The notes under the pieces are model-generated. The model saw only the letters and a list, made by a program, of their open reading frames with translations, made no database searches and had not been told where the DNA came from. A stretch of DNA of 63,646 nucleotides, filler included, from Octopus bimaculoides (lineage: Eukaryota), in NCBI RefSeq assembly GCF_001194135.2. It is 4 parts of 4 records of this genome, joined end to end, with 100 filler letters (N's around TTAATTAATTAA, not from the genome) between each part and the next. Parts side by side here need not be neighbours in the genome. Positions count along the whole stretch, not along the records: positions 35,359 to 61,846 come from NC_068981.1; 3 more parts are not named here. One strand, given 5' to 3'. Position 1 is the stretch's first letter. Each line of letters begins with the position of its first letter. Positions 36,897-50,282 of this stretch are shown here, in pieces. The position numbers and the translations under genes were made by a program.

Positions 36897-37275
36897 TTGG
36901 CACTCCGTCGCTTACGACGTCCAGGTTTCCAGTTGATCCGATCAACGGAACAGCCTGCTCGTGAAATTAACGTGCAAGTGGCTGAGCACTCCACAGACAC
37001 GTTACCCTTAATGTAGTTCTCGGGGGAGATTCAGCGTGACACAGAGTGTGACAAGGCTGGCCCTTTGAAATATAGATACAGGAGAAACAGAAAGAAAGAG
37101 TGAGATAAAGTTGTGGTGAAAGAGCACAGCAGGGTCCCCCCCCCCTTACCGGTGTCTCGTGGAGCTTTAGGTGTTTTCGCTCAATAAACACTCACAACGC
37201 CCGGTCTGAGAATCGAAACCGCGATCCTACGACCGCGAGTCTGCTGCCCTAACCACTGGGTCATTGCGCCTCCAC
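36897..37275 (-). mobile_element. tRNA-derived SINE (family B variant)
   Basis: Tail identical to 19121 and 42386; head ggcgcaatgacccagtggttaggg. Confidence 0.8.
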
Positions 37276-38119
37276 ACAGAGAGAGCGATACAGACAGATA
37301 GACAGACAGTCAGAAATAAAGAGAGAGATAGTATGAGTAGGTCAGACATCAGGGGTTCGGAGTGAATAAAGGTAGCAGAACCAAATAAATGGAGAGGAAA
37401 TGTATAAAGAGCCAGTCCTTCATAAAAAAAAGAAAACACAAGTAAATAAATAAATATATCAATAAATGAATAAATAAAACATGAACGCAGTCGTCGAACG
37501 ATTCGTTCTTTTAGTTACAAGTCCGACACATTAGTAATTTTGTCAGCAGCAAAGCTTACTTCCTTTAACAATCACCAAGTGTATATATTTGCCTATGATT
37601 CTATCAATATAACAAATCAAAGACAAACAGCACGATCGATTCGTTTCATAAGTGCTACTACCAACACACACACACACACATATGCACACGCAACGCACAC
37701 GCGCACACACACGTGTGTATATGTACGTTATTTAGTTCTTATGTATTTTCAGTTTCGTTTTAGCCGGCGCAGCTACGGCCATGTTAGAACACCGACTTTT
37801 GAGTTGAATGTTCTACATTTTCTTGTGTGTGTCATCTCTGTATAATCTTTGAAGAGATATGATGTGCTACTTAAGACGAGTTAATCATTTCTTCAGTGCG
37901 GTCGGAAATAATAGCGAGGAATTGAGTGTTTGAGAACAATAAGACTCGTTATATACAGTTCACAGCATGCTACTTCACTTTAGCTTCCATTTAACTCATA
38001 GTTAAAAAAAAAAAAAAAAACCAAGACACAAAAAGAATAATAAAAGTAATGTATAATGTCCTCCTGAAGTTAATAACGTTATGTCAAAACGAAAAGTAAA
38101 TGAAATATAATATAGTAAA

Positions 38120-38510
38120 ATGTATGTGTGTATGCATGCGTGTATGTATGTGTATGCGTGTGTGTATGTATGTGTGCATGTGTGTGTGTATGTGTTTATG
38201 TGTGTGTATGTATGTGTGTATGCACGTGTGTATGTGTGTGTGTATGTGTGTGTATGTATGTATGTGTATGTGTGTATTTATGTGTGTATGTATGTATGTA
38301 GGTATGTGTGTGTATGTGTTTATGTGTATGTGTATGTGTGTATGTATGCGTGTATGTATGTGTGTGTATGTATTTGTGTGTATGTATGTATGTATGCATG
38401 TATGTATGGGTATGTGTGTATGTCTGTATGTATGTGTGTATGTGTGTATGTATGTATGTATGTATGTATGTGTGAACGTGTGTATATGTATGCATGCATG
38501 TATCTATGTA
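38120..38510. repeat. degenerate (TGTA)/(TG) microsatellite
   Basis: Direct reading. Confidence 0.95.
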
Positions 38511-39069
38511 TTACATATCACTGTTAAGTTACTGTATAATAAATAGCACTAACTAGAGTGGTGTATGAATGGAAACATAATTGNNNNNNNNNNNNNNNNN
38601 NNNNNNNNNNNNNNNNNNNNNNNNNNNNNNNNNNNNNNNNNNNNNNNNNNNNNNNNNNNNNNNNNNNNNNNNNNNNNNNNNNNNNNNNNNNNNNNNNNNN
38701 NNNATATATATATATATATATATATACATATCTTATAAATATTATATGTATATTATATAATGTTATACATATATCTATAAATATATATATACTTATATAC
38801 ATATATATATATGTGTGTGTGTGTATGTATCCCTTTGATCTTCTACACGTTTCAGCCATGTGGCTGCGGTCATAATGGAGCACCACCATGGTCTTGCTGA
38901 AATCCTCAGTCTTGGGGGTTTCACATCAGCACGCTTTTATGCGCCTTTGTCCCAGCTGTTGGCCCGTTTGGTATATAAAGGAGTTTGATTCCGCTGTCAT
39001 TGTCTGTATCTCATGTTGGGCAGTTGGTTCATTCGATATATATATATATATTTTTTGTTTTTGGCTGAG

Positions 39070-39400
39070 ACCCCCTTCGGTCATGACTGACCATGGGATT
39101 GCACCTAAAAAGTTACCCTCCAAGGCACAAGTCTGGGTAAGGTTGTTTATGAAAGATCAGCAATCACCCATGCATACCGGCCTCCCCTCTCCACGCCAAC
39201 AGTGTTATCCAAGGGAAAGGCAAAGGCCGATACAGCTTGGTACCTGTGACGTCGCAGCTCATTTCTACGGTTGAGTGAACTGGAGCAACGTGAAATAATG
39301 TGTCTTGCTCAAGAACACAACACGCAGCCCGATCTGGGATTCGAACTCACAAACTCACGATCGTAAGCTCGACGCTCTAACCACTGAGCCATGCGCCTTC
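39070..39400 (-). mobile_element. tRNA-derived SINE (family B head, different tail)
   Basis: Head gtgaaggcgcatggctcagtggttagagcg...gagttcgaatccc. Confidence 0.8.
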
Positions 39401-39959
39401 ACACACACACACACACACACACACNNNNNNNNNNNNNNNNNNNNNNNNNNNNNNNNNNNNNNNNNNNNNNNNNNNNNNNNNNNNNNNNNNNNNNNNNNNN
39501 NNNNNNNNNNNNNNNNNNNNNNNNNNNNNNNNNNNNNNNNNNNNNNNNNNNNNNNNNNNNNNNNNNNNNNNNNNNNNNNNNNNNNNNNNNNNNNNNNNNN
39601 NNNNNNNNNNNNNNNNNNNNNNNNNNNNNNNNNNNNNNNNNNNNNNNNNNNNNNNNNNNNNNNNNNNNNNNNNNNNNNNNNNNNNNNNNNNNNNNNNNNN
39701 NNNNNNNNNNNNNNNNNNNNNNNNNNNNNNNNNNNNNNNNNNNNNNNNNNNNNNNNNNNNNNNNNNNNNNNNNNNNNNNNNNNNNNNNNNNNNNNNNNNN
39801 NNNNNNNNNNNNNNNNNNNNNNNNNNNNNNNNNNNNNNNNNNNNNNNNNNNNNNNNNNNNNNNNNNNNNNNNNNNNNNNNNNNNNNNNNNNNNNNNNNNN
39901 NNNNNNNNNNNNNNNNNNNNNNNNNNNNNNNNNNNNNNNNNNNNNNNNNNNNNNNNNNN

Positions 39960-40001
<42 letters not shown>

Positions 40002-40631
40002 GCGAATGCATCTTAGAGGACATAGAGAAAATGAACAAAACGGAAAAAGAAGGAAGAAACGCATAGTAATATAAACACATATACGCACAAATACACACCC
40101 ATATATATACATATAGATACGTACATGCACACATATATATGTGTGTGCCTGTATACACACACACACCTCAGATAATGGGTTCCTCTAATGCGGCAAGTCA
40201 GGGATGAGTGAACCAGTGGATCATTAGAGATTCATACATTATGTAGTTAATAGGTACAGTATAACGTATTTGATAGAATTGAATTTCCAAAGTGTGACGA
40301 TTATGTCTTGCTCAAGGAAATTAGTAACAGAAATGAACTGAAATGGAAGCTGAAATAAAAAAATTTAAACTGCCTGATGATCTAGTTTACCGGAAATATA
40401 CTTTCTTATCTTTTGAATTCGAGAACCCACTTAGGTGAATATTCGAAAAATATTCTAAGATATGTGAGAGAAAAATCTCGTGTGGTTTAATATCTTAGGA
40501 CGTTTTAATTGAAGCGAATGCAGCTTAAAGGATATAGAGGAAATGAACAAAAAAGTACAAAATGAACAAAAAATAAAAAAATAAAGAAACGCATAGTAAT
40601 ATAAGCATTCTCACACATATATATACATACG

Positions 40632-40671
<40 letters not shown>

Positions 40672-41184
40672 TCAAATATACATATAGACATGCATATACA
40701 TATATGCATACACATACATAGAAGGCATTATAATGTATCTTGATTACTTGATTATTTTCACAAATACAATATACAAATAGAGATGTACGTACACACGTGT
40801 GAATGTGTGTTCGTATACATCACAAACACATACATAGATACATATGCACATACATAGATGCGTGCATACATAATGCATACATACATACATACATACATAC
40901 GTACGTACATACATACATACATTCATACATACATACTTCATCTTCGAAGCGCCTAATTTAGAATAGAGGCAGCTGATGAAGGAATAGTTCCATATGTGTC
41001 TGTTTTCCTATGTGTCTATAAAAAAAAGTTCGTTTTTTGTGCTTTGTTTATGTTCCCGTTCCTTTTTTGTCCACGTTTTTTTTTTGACGTCCTGTATCCG
41101 GATATGCATCTATATGCACATGTAGATGTAGGTATGTACATATATGTATGTATATATGTATATGCTCACATATAATTTGTATTA

Positions 41185-41217
<33 letters not shown>

Positions 41218-41829
41218 CTTTGGGCAAGAGTCTTCTACCACACCCTTGGTCCGACCAAACCTTTATGAGTGGATGTAGAAGGAAACTAAAAGATGTCCCA
41301 CGTATATTTACATGTGTGTATGTCTGTTTGTGCGCGCGTGTGTAGGTAGGTATGTGTATGTGTGGAAATCTGTGGATGCGCGCGTGTAAATCTGTGGGTG
41401 TATGTGTATGTGCGTGCTTTTGTGTCTTTGTTGGTGTGTTTACATCCCACTGACTTCGTGTTTCGGTAAAAGAGACCGGAAGAATAATTACCATGCTTTC
41501 AAAGAATATATAAGTACTGCGGTTGATTCCTTCGACTAAAAAGTCGTTACGGCATTGCCCCAGCATGGCTGTATTCTAATAAGGGAAACAAGTAAATGAT
41601 AAAAGATTTTCTCCATTGGCGGGTAACGGATAATGAATAACAGACATCCAGGAATAAACGTACATGCGTACGAATAGAGCAACACATACTCTTAACATTT
41701 GGGGACAGACACAAGCACACGCACGCACACGCACGCATACACGCTCGCGCGCACCCAATATGGCGATATCAAACACATATAATGATACAGCTTTATGTGA
41801 ACGAACAATATTTTAGTGTATGCAGGAAT

Positions 41830-42382
41830 GAGGGATATATACAATGCATACATACATATATACAAATGTACGTACGTATATACATACATACATACCTACA
41901 TACGTACGTACGTACATACATATATACATACATACATATGTACGTACGTACATATATACATGCGTACATACATACATACATTCATACATAACACATACAC
42001 ACGTACGTACATACATACATACATACATATGTACATACATACGTACATAATGCATACATACATACATATATACAAACATACGTACGTACGTACGTACATA
42101 CCTACATACGTACGTATGTACATACATATATACATATGTACGTACTTACATATATACATACGTACTTACATACACACATATATAACACATACATACGTAC
42201 ATACATACATGCATACATACATACATATATACATACGTACGTACATACACATATACATACGTACATACATACATACATACATACATACATAATGCATACA
42301 TACATGCATACATATATACATACAAACATACATACATACATACATACATGCATACATACATACATACATACATACATACACA
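41830..42382. repeat. (TACA)/(TACG) compound microsatellite
   Basis: Direct reading. Confidence 0.95.
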
Positions 42383-42385
42383 TCG

Positions 42386-42692
42386 TGGCACTCCGTCGGT
42401 TACGACGACTAGAGTTCCGGCTGATCCGATCAACGGAACAGCCTGCTCGTGAAATTTACGTGCTAGTGGCTGAGCACTCCACAGACACGTGTACCCTTAA
42501 CGTAGTTCTCTAGGTGATTCTGCGTGACACAGAGTGTGACAAGGTTGGCCCTTTGAAATACAGATAATACTCATGGACTGGAGCAACGTGAAATAAAGTG
42601 TCTTGCTCAAGGACACACCGCGTCGCTGGGAATTGAACTAATGACCTCACGATTGTGAGCCGAATGCCCTAACCACTAAGCCACGCGCCTTC
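42386..42692 (-). mobile_element. tRNA-derived SINE (family B)
   Basis: Near-identical to 19121-19440. Confidence 0.85.
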
Positions 42693-43002
42693 ATATGCAA
42701 CTACAATATACTATGAAGTTTGAAAGTAAACAAAGTTTGTTTTTAGAAGCGTTGAGATGTATTGTAAGATACAAAAATATCTCACATCTGTGAGTTCGAG
42801 TCTCATGGCTGGCCAGTAACGTATTTTTCTGCATTATATGGATTATTTATCCTGATCACGCTATTTATAGCATTACCACGCGTTTGAGAAATAAATTTAT
42901 TTCTGTATCTTACTATAAAGTTTATTAAATAGTTTGATAAGTCAACAGAATCAACAGCACGTTCTACTGCATTAGCACTGCTTTTCTACATTATTCTGTT
43001 AA

Positions 43003-43191
43003 GGTTACTCCTTCAGATATCCCATAGAAATTATAGTCAGCATTGATTTTTGCTAACAACGTTTCGTATCGAGACGTCAGATTTAAACAAACAATGAGAA
43101 CATCTGTTAACAACTGACGTCTCGATACGAAATGTTGTAGCAAAAACTCTGTGCTGACTATAATTTCTATGAGATATACGCAGAAATAGCC
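43003..43191. mobile_element. palindromic MITE with TTAA flanks and GG...CC termini (Kolobok-like)
   Basis: TTAA|ggttact...atagcc|TTAA. About 78-bp inverted arms including gtttcgtatcgagacgtcag / ctgacgtctcgatacgaaat. Confidence 0.65.
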
Positions 43192-43960
43192 TTAACAAAA
43201 CAGTTGATACATAAATACCTCTTTAAGTCTCTATCCTATTTCTATCTCTATTTTTGTTTCTCAACCTATACGTGTATCTTTCTCAATTTCTTTATATGTA
43301 TTTATCCATCCAGCTATTTGCCTTTACAACCTTTTTCTTTTGTTTTTTTTTGCTTTACTTTTCTACGTCACTTAATGTCATTCACGTATCTGCTTCTGTC
43401 TCTCTAACATCCTGTCATGAATTATCCGTCGCCCTTTTATCGCTACACTTCTTCCTCTCTTTTTCCCATCTAATATTCTTTTCTAGTCATCCACTTCAAA
43501 TACTGCTGGTTTACCTTCTTACGTTAATGTATTTGTTTTGCAATATTCCTAATGTGAAATCGTGTGTTGAAACATATCTTATTCCTTTATTGCCCATAGA
43601 GGGGACAAACAAGGACAGACAAAGAGATTAAGTCGATTACATCGACCCCAGTGCGTTATTTCGAGACGCAATATATACTGGTTCTTCACTCCAGTTTCAT
43701 CATCATCACCACCACCACCAACAACAACAAATGGAACAGTTATTTGATGCTAAAAGTGACGTTGAATTTGAAGGATTTGAATAAATGTTTTTGCTTTTGC
43801 TTTTGTAACTGATAGTGATAAATATGTAAAAGGCAATTTACTTGATATTTATTTTTCACTGACGTTATTACAGTTATTTCTTTATTTTCTACAAACAAAA
43901 TGCACAAAAAAGCTACACGTTTGCATTATGTTATATATACAATAATAATAAAGGACGTTA

Positions 43961-44123
43961 CCGTATATATGTTTACAAACCAAGAACATTATATAGACCT
44001 CTTTGACTTAAGTTAGAGAAGGGGTGCGTATTATACACAAGGTTTAGGTTTTTCAGAGGTACAGTCCCCTAAAAATCCCCTGCGTGTTATACTCAAGGGT
44101 GGACTATACTCGAGGATTTACGG
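43961..44123. mobile_element. pogo/Tigger-like MITE
   Basis: TA|ccgtatat ... tatactcgaggatttacgg|TA termini. Confidence 0.6.
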
Positions 44124-44353
44124 TATATAAATATATGTTTTTCTTGCTCACACATATCACCGTATGTTGGAAAAGTTAAAGAGAATAAGAAATAATATAT
44201 AATCAAAATAGTTGAAATATATTGAAAATAGTTAAAATAAGCTAGCCTATCTCACTGCATAATTTATAAATATAGAAACATAATAAATTATATTAGATAT
44301 GCCTATCCATTAATTAAATAATTGAAAATAATTAGTTCTAAATAATGACTCTG

Positions 44354-44713
44354 CCTTATCTGCGTAATATCATCTGCATAAATATTAGTACGAAATATAT
44401 ATTAATGAAATATTAATATCAACTTAATAAATAAATTGCAAAATTACTCAGATTTTTTATTCATTAATGCTAATGAAACATTAGAAATCTACTTATATTT
44501 TGCAAAAAAGAGTTTACTCGCATGGGTACAGGCTAAGAATTCTTTTTCAGAATGTATGTTCAAAAGTAATTTACGGGAAATAAATATTTGGTGCATATAN
44601 NNNNNNNNNNNNNNNNNNNNNNNNNNNNNNNNNNNNNNNNNNNNNNNNNNNNNNNNNNNNNNNNNNNNNNNNNNNNNNNNNNNNNNNNNNNNNNNNNNNN
44701 NNNNNNNNNNNNN

Positions 44714-44780
<67 letters not shown>

Positions 44781-45109
44781 GACCTAATAAATTTTATTAC
44801 ATATTTATAGCCAATAATGTCAATTAATTCAGTAATTAAAATAATTTATTCCATATAATAACTATCCCTTATCTGAGTTATATCATCTGCATAAATAATG
44901 GCACTAAAGATATATTAATGATATATTCATATAAACTTAATAAGTAAATTGCAAAATCAGTCAGGTTTATTAATTATTAATACTATTAATACGAATGAAA
45001 CATCAGAAATCTAATATATTTAGCAAAAAGAAATTTACTCACATAGATACAGGCTAAATTTTTTTCAGAATGTATGTTCAAAAGTAATTTACGGGAAATA
45101 AATATTTGA
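44354..45109. repeat. diverged direct duplication (44354-44592 vs 44867-45109) of AT-rich sequence
   Basis: Shared blocks tatcatctgcataaat and ttcagaatgtatgttcaaaagtaatttacgggaaataaatatttg. Confidence 0.85.
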
Positions 45110-45589
45110 TATAATTCTTCAGTACAGAAACTCACATCTTTTGTTTAAGACTTAGCACGGCTAATAATATTCTAGTCCAGTTTAAAATCTATTTTCTTGT
45201 CTTTAAAACTCCATATGATTTTACTCAGACCAGTTGAGTTAATCTTTTTCCTATCCTCAAAACTGTTTAAGTGGTTAAAGAGCGAGTTTTAAATTTATTC
45301 GATGTCTCTCCAACCAGCATATACTTATTATTAAGTGCATCAATCACACTTTTATGTAAAATATTATCTTCATTACAAAGATTTTTAGTTGGCATCTACC
45401 AAAATAATTACGGAATTTATTATCATAATTATTATTGTTGTTGTTAATTCTATTATTATAGACAGAGAACACTACTGGAAAATAAGAAATAACAGACAGA
45501 GAACACCACTGGAAAATGAGAAAACTGAAAGTACCAGCACATATGCTAGGACAAAACAACCTCCTAAGCAGACCGAATGCAGATATGAA

Positions 45590-45780
45590 TAATAATAATA
45601 CCAACAACTTCGAAAAATACCTTAGGAATGAGAAACTAGGTTCGAAATTTCCCCAAGACTCGCTCTTTAACCACTTAAACAGCTTTGATGACTGGAGGGT
45701 ATATCAGCCGACACGTTGTGTTAACAACAAACAAGATGAGGACAAATATCCGTCAAATGTAAATAATGTAAATAATGTAT
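45590..45780 (+). mobile_element. single copy of the Penelope-type hammerhead tail, core disrupted
   Basis: Same tail as 25920-26064, but a 31-nt insertion interrupts stem I/CTGA and GAAA is changed to GACA. Confidence 0.85.
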
Positions 45781-46592
45781 TATAGAAGTTGTCAAGTTTT
45801 TTTGTTATTTAAAGATGAAATTATTCGAAATAAATTTTTGGTTAAGCAATGACCAGTCCTAATATTATTAGTGTTAATTATTTGCCTTTATTTATTATTC
45901 GTGTTGAAATGCTTATTAATTAATCTATGTATTTGTCTAATTAACCTTATCGCCATATTCATAGCAAAAGGATTTATGCAACAGATATAATTAAATCTCT
46001 TCTTGTTATTAATGTTATTATTATTGCCAGTATTATTATTACTATTAGTAACATTGTTACAATCGTTATTATCAGTATAATAATTATTCTTAAAATGATA
46101 AGGGTAATTACTATGATAATTAAAGCAATGAGCATATCTATTCCTAATTTTAGTGTAATACACGTTGCTATTATATTTATTATTATACATTTCATTATTA
46201 TTAATATTATTATTATTATCACTATTATTATTATTACTACATTTAACATTGTAACTAAATTTAAGTTTATTTTTAATATATTTAATTTGACCCTTATACC
46301 CAGCTTTTTCTAATGCGGCATTATAGAAATCAGCGTGCTTTCTAAAAATCTCCTTGTTAGATGATAAAGATACTTGTTTTTCAATAATATTAACCAGGGT
46401 ATTTTAATTGCAGCAGGATGATTGCTATTATTATTAATATATCTTAACCTTGTATGGTTCATGCTTGTTAGTTACAAGATTAAGGTTGGGATCCCAAAAA
46501 TTAACAGAACAATTATCTTTTACAATGGAAATAGCTAAATCATTTCTCTGAAAAAAATTATGCAGATCTTTCTTATGAGTCCAGTTTTCTAG

Positions 46593-46643
<51 letters not shown>

Positions 46644-47089
46644 NNNNNNNNNNNNNNNNNNNNNNNNNNNNNNNNNNNNNNNNNNNNNNNNNNNNNNNNN
46701 NNNNNNNNNNNNNNNNNNNNNNNNNNNNNNNNNNNNNNNNNNNNNNNNNNNNNNNNNNNNNNNNNNNNNNNNNNNNNNNNNNNNNNNNNNNNNNNNNNNN
46801 NNNNNNNNNNNNNNNNNNNNNNNNNNNNNNNNNNNNNNNNNNNNNNNNNNNNNNNNNNNNNNNNNNNNNNNNNNNNNNNNNNNNNNNNNNNNNNNNNNNN
46901 NNNNNNNNNNNNNNNNNNNNNNNNNNNNNNNNNNNNNNNNNNNNNNNNNNNNNNNNNNNNNNNNNNNNNNNNNNNNNNNNNNNNNNNNNNNNNNNNNNNN
47001 NNNNNNNNNNNNNNNNNNNNNNNNNNNNNNNNNNNNNNNNNNNNNNNNNNNNNNNATATATATATATATACATACATACACACACATAT

Positions 47090-47240
47090 GCAATGGGCTT
47101 TCACAGTCTCTGTTTAACAAATTCTCATTTAAAGCATTATTAGGCTCAGGCAATAGTAGAAGACACCTGCCTCAGGTGGCGAACAGTGAGACTGAACCCG
47201 AAACTACAGGGCTGCAAAGTGACATTAACCAAGCAGTTAT
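47090..47240 (-). mobile_element. decayed family D SINE head
   Basis: aatagtagaagacacctgcctcaggtggcgaacagtgagactgaacccg. Confidence 0.65.
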
Positions 47241-47574
47241 GCCTATACTTACTAATCATCTGTGTGTACACACGCTCATCCACACTCTCTCTCACAGATA
47301 AAATGAGAGAGAGAGACAGGGAGAGAAAGTGAGAGAGAGAGAGTGAGTGAGTGTAATGTGGTCGTGTTCCTTCAATAACTTTGTAACTGTATTTCGAAAT
47401 AAAGTTATATTACAGTTTTCTGAGGCAACATTTGTGTTGTCTGCTTTAATCAGTATTTGTACAGCTTGGTATCTATATTTGAATGGACATTAACGTAACA
47501 AAAGCCTTTGGAGCAATTCAGTCATCTTTATGTATATATATATGTATGCGTACGCACGCACGCACACACATACA

Positions 47575-47641
<67 letters not shown>

Positions 47642-48218
47642 NNNNNNNNNNNNNNNNNNNNNNNNNNNNNNNNNNNNNNNNNNNNNNNNNNNNNNNNNNN
47701 NNNNNNNNNNNNNNNNNNNNNNNNNNNNNNNNNNNNNNNNNNNNTTTTTTTTTTTTTTTTTTATTAAAGTTATCGAAGTTTTTTCGTATCTAATAATCAG
47801 ATCATTATATAGTTCGTTTGTAACTTTTCTAGATATAAGCATTCAGATTGAAAACAGCAATAGATTATGTCAGTGTACACAATAGACAAACAAATGCTTG
47901 CGTGGAGACAGCGAATACAAACAATTATAAAATGTCTGCCGTAAAATCACTACTTTGGAGCCGCACCCCGCCCACCTTTAGAGTGTCTTCCACAAATGAG
48001 TTTCCAAAGAAATTCCGCAAAACACGATAGACATCATGTCAGAACGGTTATTGATAGAAACTAGAAGACCAAACTACGGAGAAGCGGAATGTAGCCAATG
48101 GGTGCAGCTATTTTGACACTGACGAATTGACATGGCCGACTGGACAGTCAACTTGTTTTGACGACAGTACGTTTAGGCACTGGAGGCAAACAGGCATGGG
48201 GACAGTAATATTCACACA

Positions 48219-48305
48219 CTGAGAAAGCTAATTCGAAGTCTACGGAACCAACCTATCACTGAAACTGTAAAAATCTGTAAAACCTTTCAGAGGTTTATCA
48301 TTTAA
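48219..48305 (+). mobile_element. R4/Dong-like C-terminal remnant
   Basis: LRKLIRSLRNQPITETVKICKTFQRFII* parallels the end of the 8587 fragment. Confidence 0.6.
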
Positions 48306-48646
48306 ATATATACGAACATGTCAAGATATGCAACTATATACATGAGAATACTATCATAAAGCAGAGCATACAAATCTGCACAAATACATTCATTCATACA
48401 TACAAACCAAAATAGCCGGTTGTTGATGTTAGAATTCCAATAAAAGAGACTTGGAAACCGGTTCTCTCTCTATTGGCAAGAAATCTTGAAATAAAACTGA
48501 ACAATGATAGACATACATACAAACATACATACATATACACACATGTATGTATATATGTATGTATGCATGCATGTATGTATGAATAAATGAGAGAGAAAGG
48601 TGGGGAGAGCAACATTGCAAATAACAATTCAACATGAACATAAACT

Positions 48647-48945
48647 GTTCTATATTTAAGGGATGAGGAATTTCGTACATTATTTACATTATTTACATTC
48701 GACGGATATTTGTCCTCATCTTGTTTGTTATTAAAACACGTTTTTTTCCAGCTGATATACCCTCCAGCCTTTGTCAGGTGTCTTGGGGGAAATTCCTACC
48801 TTAGGAATGAGAACCCAGGTTTGAAATTTCCCCAAAACACCTGAAGAAGGCTGGAGCGTATATCAGCCGAAACGTTGTGTTAACAACAAACAAGATGAGG
48901 GCAAGTATCCGTCGAATGTGAATAATGTAAATAATGTAAATAATG
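48647..48945. mobile_element. second inverted pair of the hammerhead-bearing tail (no tRNA head)
   Basis: 48676-48796 is the reverse complement of about 48824-48945. Confidence 0.9.
48836..48881 (+). ncRNA. intact minimal type I hammerhead motif
   Basis: aacac CTGAAGA a ggctg gagcgtatat cagcc GAAA cg T T gtgtt. Stems I and II are fully Watson-Crick. Confidence 0.75.
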
Positions 48946-49830
48946 AACATAAAATGTTTCCCACGTATAGAAAAATATACAGAAGCAGACTGACAGAGAA
49001 GAGACTAAATGAGAGAAACATTAACGCTGATGTTAAATGAGTCAACGTTGAATCAGTGATTCGAATCAAGTGGAGCGAAAACAGCTGTGCCAACACGTTT
49101 CACACCCAATGATCAATAGACAGACCACAACGCAAACACTTACATAAACAGTAGCCCTAGTGAAAAACAAATTGGCAAGTGTCTTCTACTATAGCCTCGG
49201 GCCGACCATGTATTAACAAGAAGAAGAAGAAGCAATTGAAACATACTACATAACACACCTTAAAACAAAGCTAGAAAGAAGAAATATTATAAGAAAATAA
49301 ATTCATACTTTATAGCATTCCCCACAGAAATAAACGATTTATTCTGAAAACAATATTCATATTGCAACACAAGGCTCCGATTAAGTTATAACAGATGCGT
49401 GTCACAAAGACAAATCTAACGACGTAGAATGCTTTAAACACAAACCATCCACTATAAAAGGTAATACACTGAAACCAATACCAGCACACATCTTGAAGTT
49501 AAGACAGAGATACCCCGCAAATATTCATTCATTCATTCATTCATTCATTCATACATACATACATACATACATACATACATACATACATGGATCAGTGAAA
49601 GACCAACGCTGAAAAATTTAATCNNNNNNNNNNNNNNNNNNNNNNNNNNNNNNNNNNNNNNNNNNNNNNNNNNNNNNNNNNNNNNNNNNNNNNNNNNNNN
49701 NNNNNNNNNNNNNNNNNNNNNNNNNNNNNNNNNNNNNNNNNNNNNNNNNNNNNNNNNNNNNNNNNNNNNNNNNNNNNNNNNNNNNNNNNNNNNNNNNNNN
49801 NNNNNNNNNNNNNNNNNNNNNNNNNNNNNN

Positions 49831-50130
49831 NGTTGCTTAGTGGTTAGGGTGTCGGTATCATGATCGTAAGATTGTGGTTTCGATTCCCATACCGGGCGTT
49901 GTGCGTGTTTATTGAGCGAAAACACCTAAAAAAGACGAGGCTCTGGCAGGGGGTGGTGGCGACCCCTGTTGTACTCTTTCACCCCAACTTTCTCTCACTC
50001 CTTCTTCCTGTTTCTTGAGTAAAGCTGCGATGGACTGGCGTCCCGACCAGCTGTGGGGGGTGGGGGTGGACACATACACCATAGAAACCGGGAAACCGGG
50101 CCCATAAGCCTGGCTAGGCTTTAAAAGGGC
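49831..50130 (+). mobile_element. tRNA-derived SINE (family B-related)
   Basis: gcttagtggttagggtgtcgg...ggtttcgattccc head; tail as at 31600. Confidence 0.75.
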
Positions 50131-50155
50131 GTAATTTCTAATTTCTATATATACA

Positions 50156-50282
50156 CAGGGTTTCCAAACGGTCTGGGTACATGGAGTAAATAAATTCATA
50201 ACATAAACAATTAAATATAAGAAATAATAATTTCTTAAAGTATGTGTTAATCCCCATGTACCCAGACTTTGTGGACACCCTG
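50156..50282. mobile_element. Tc1-type MITE
   Basis: cagggtttccaaacggtctgggtacatgg / ccatgtacccagactttgtggacaccctg|TA. Confidence 0.75.
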
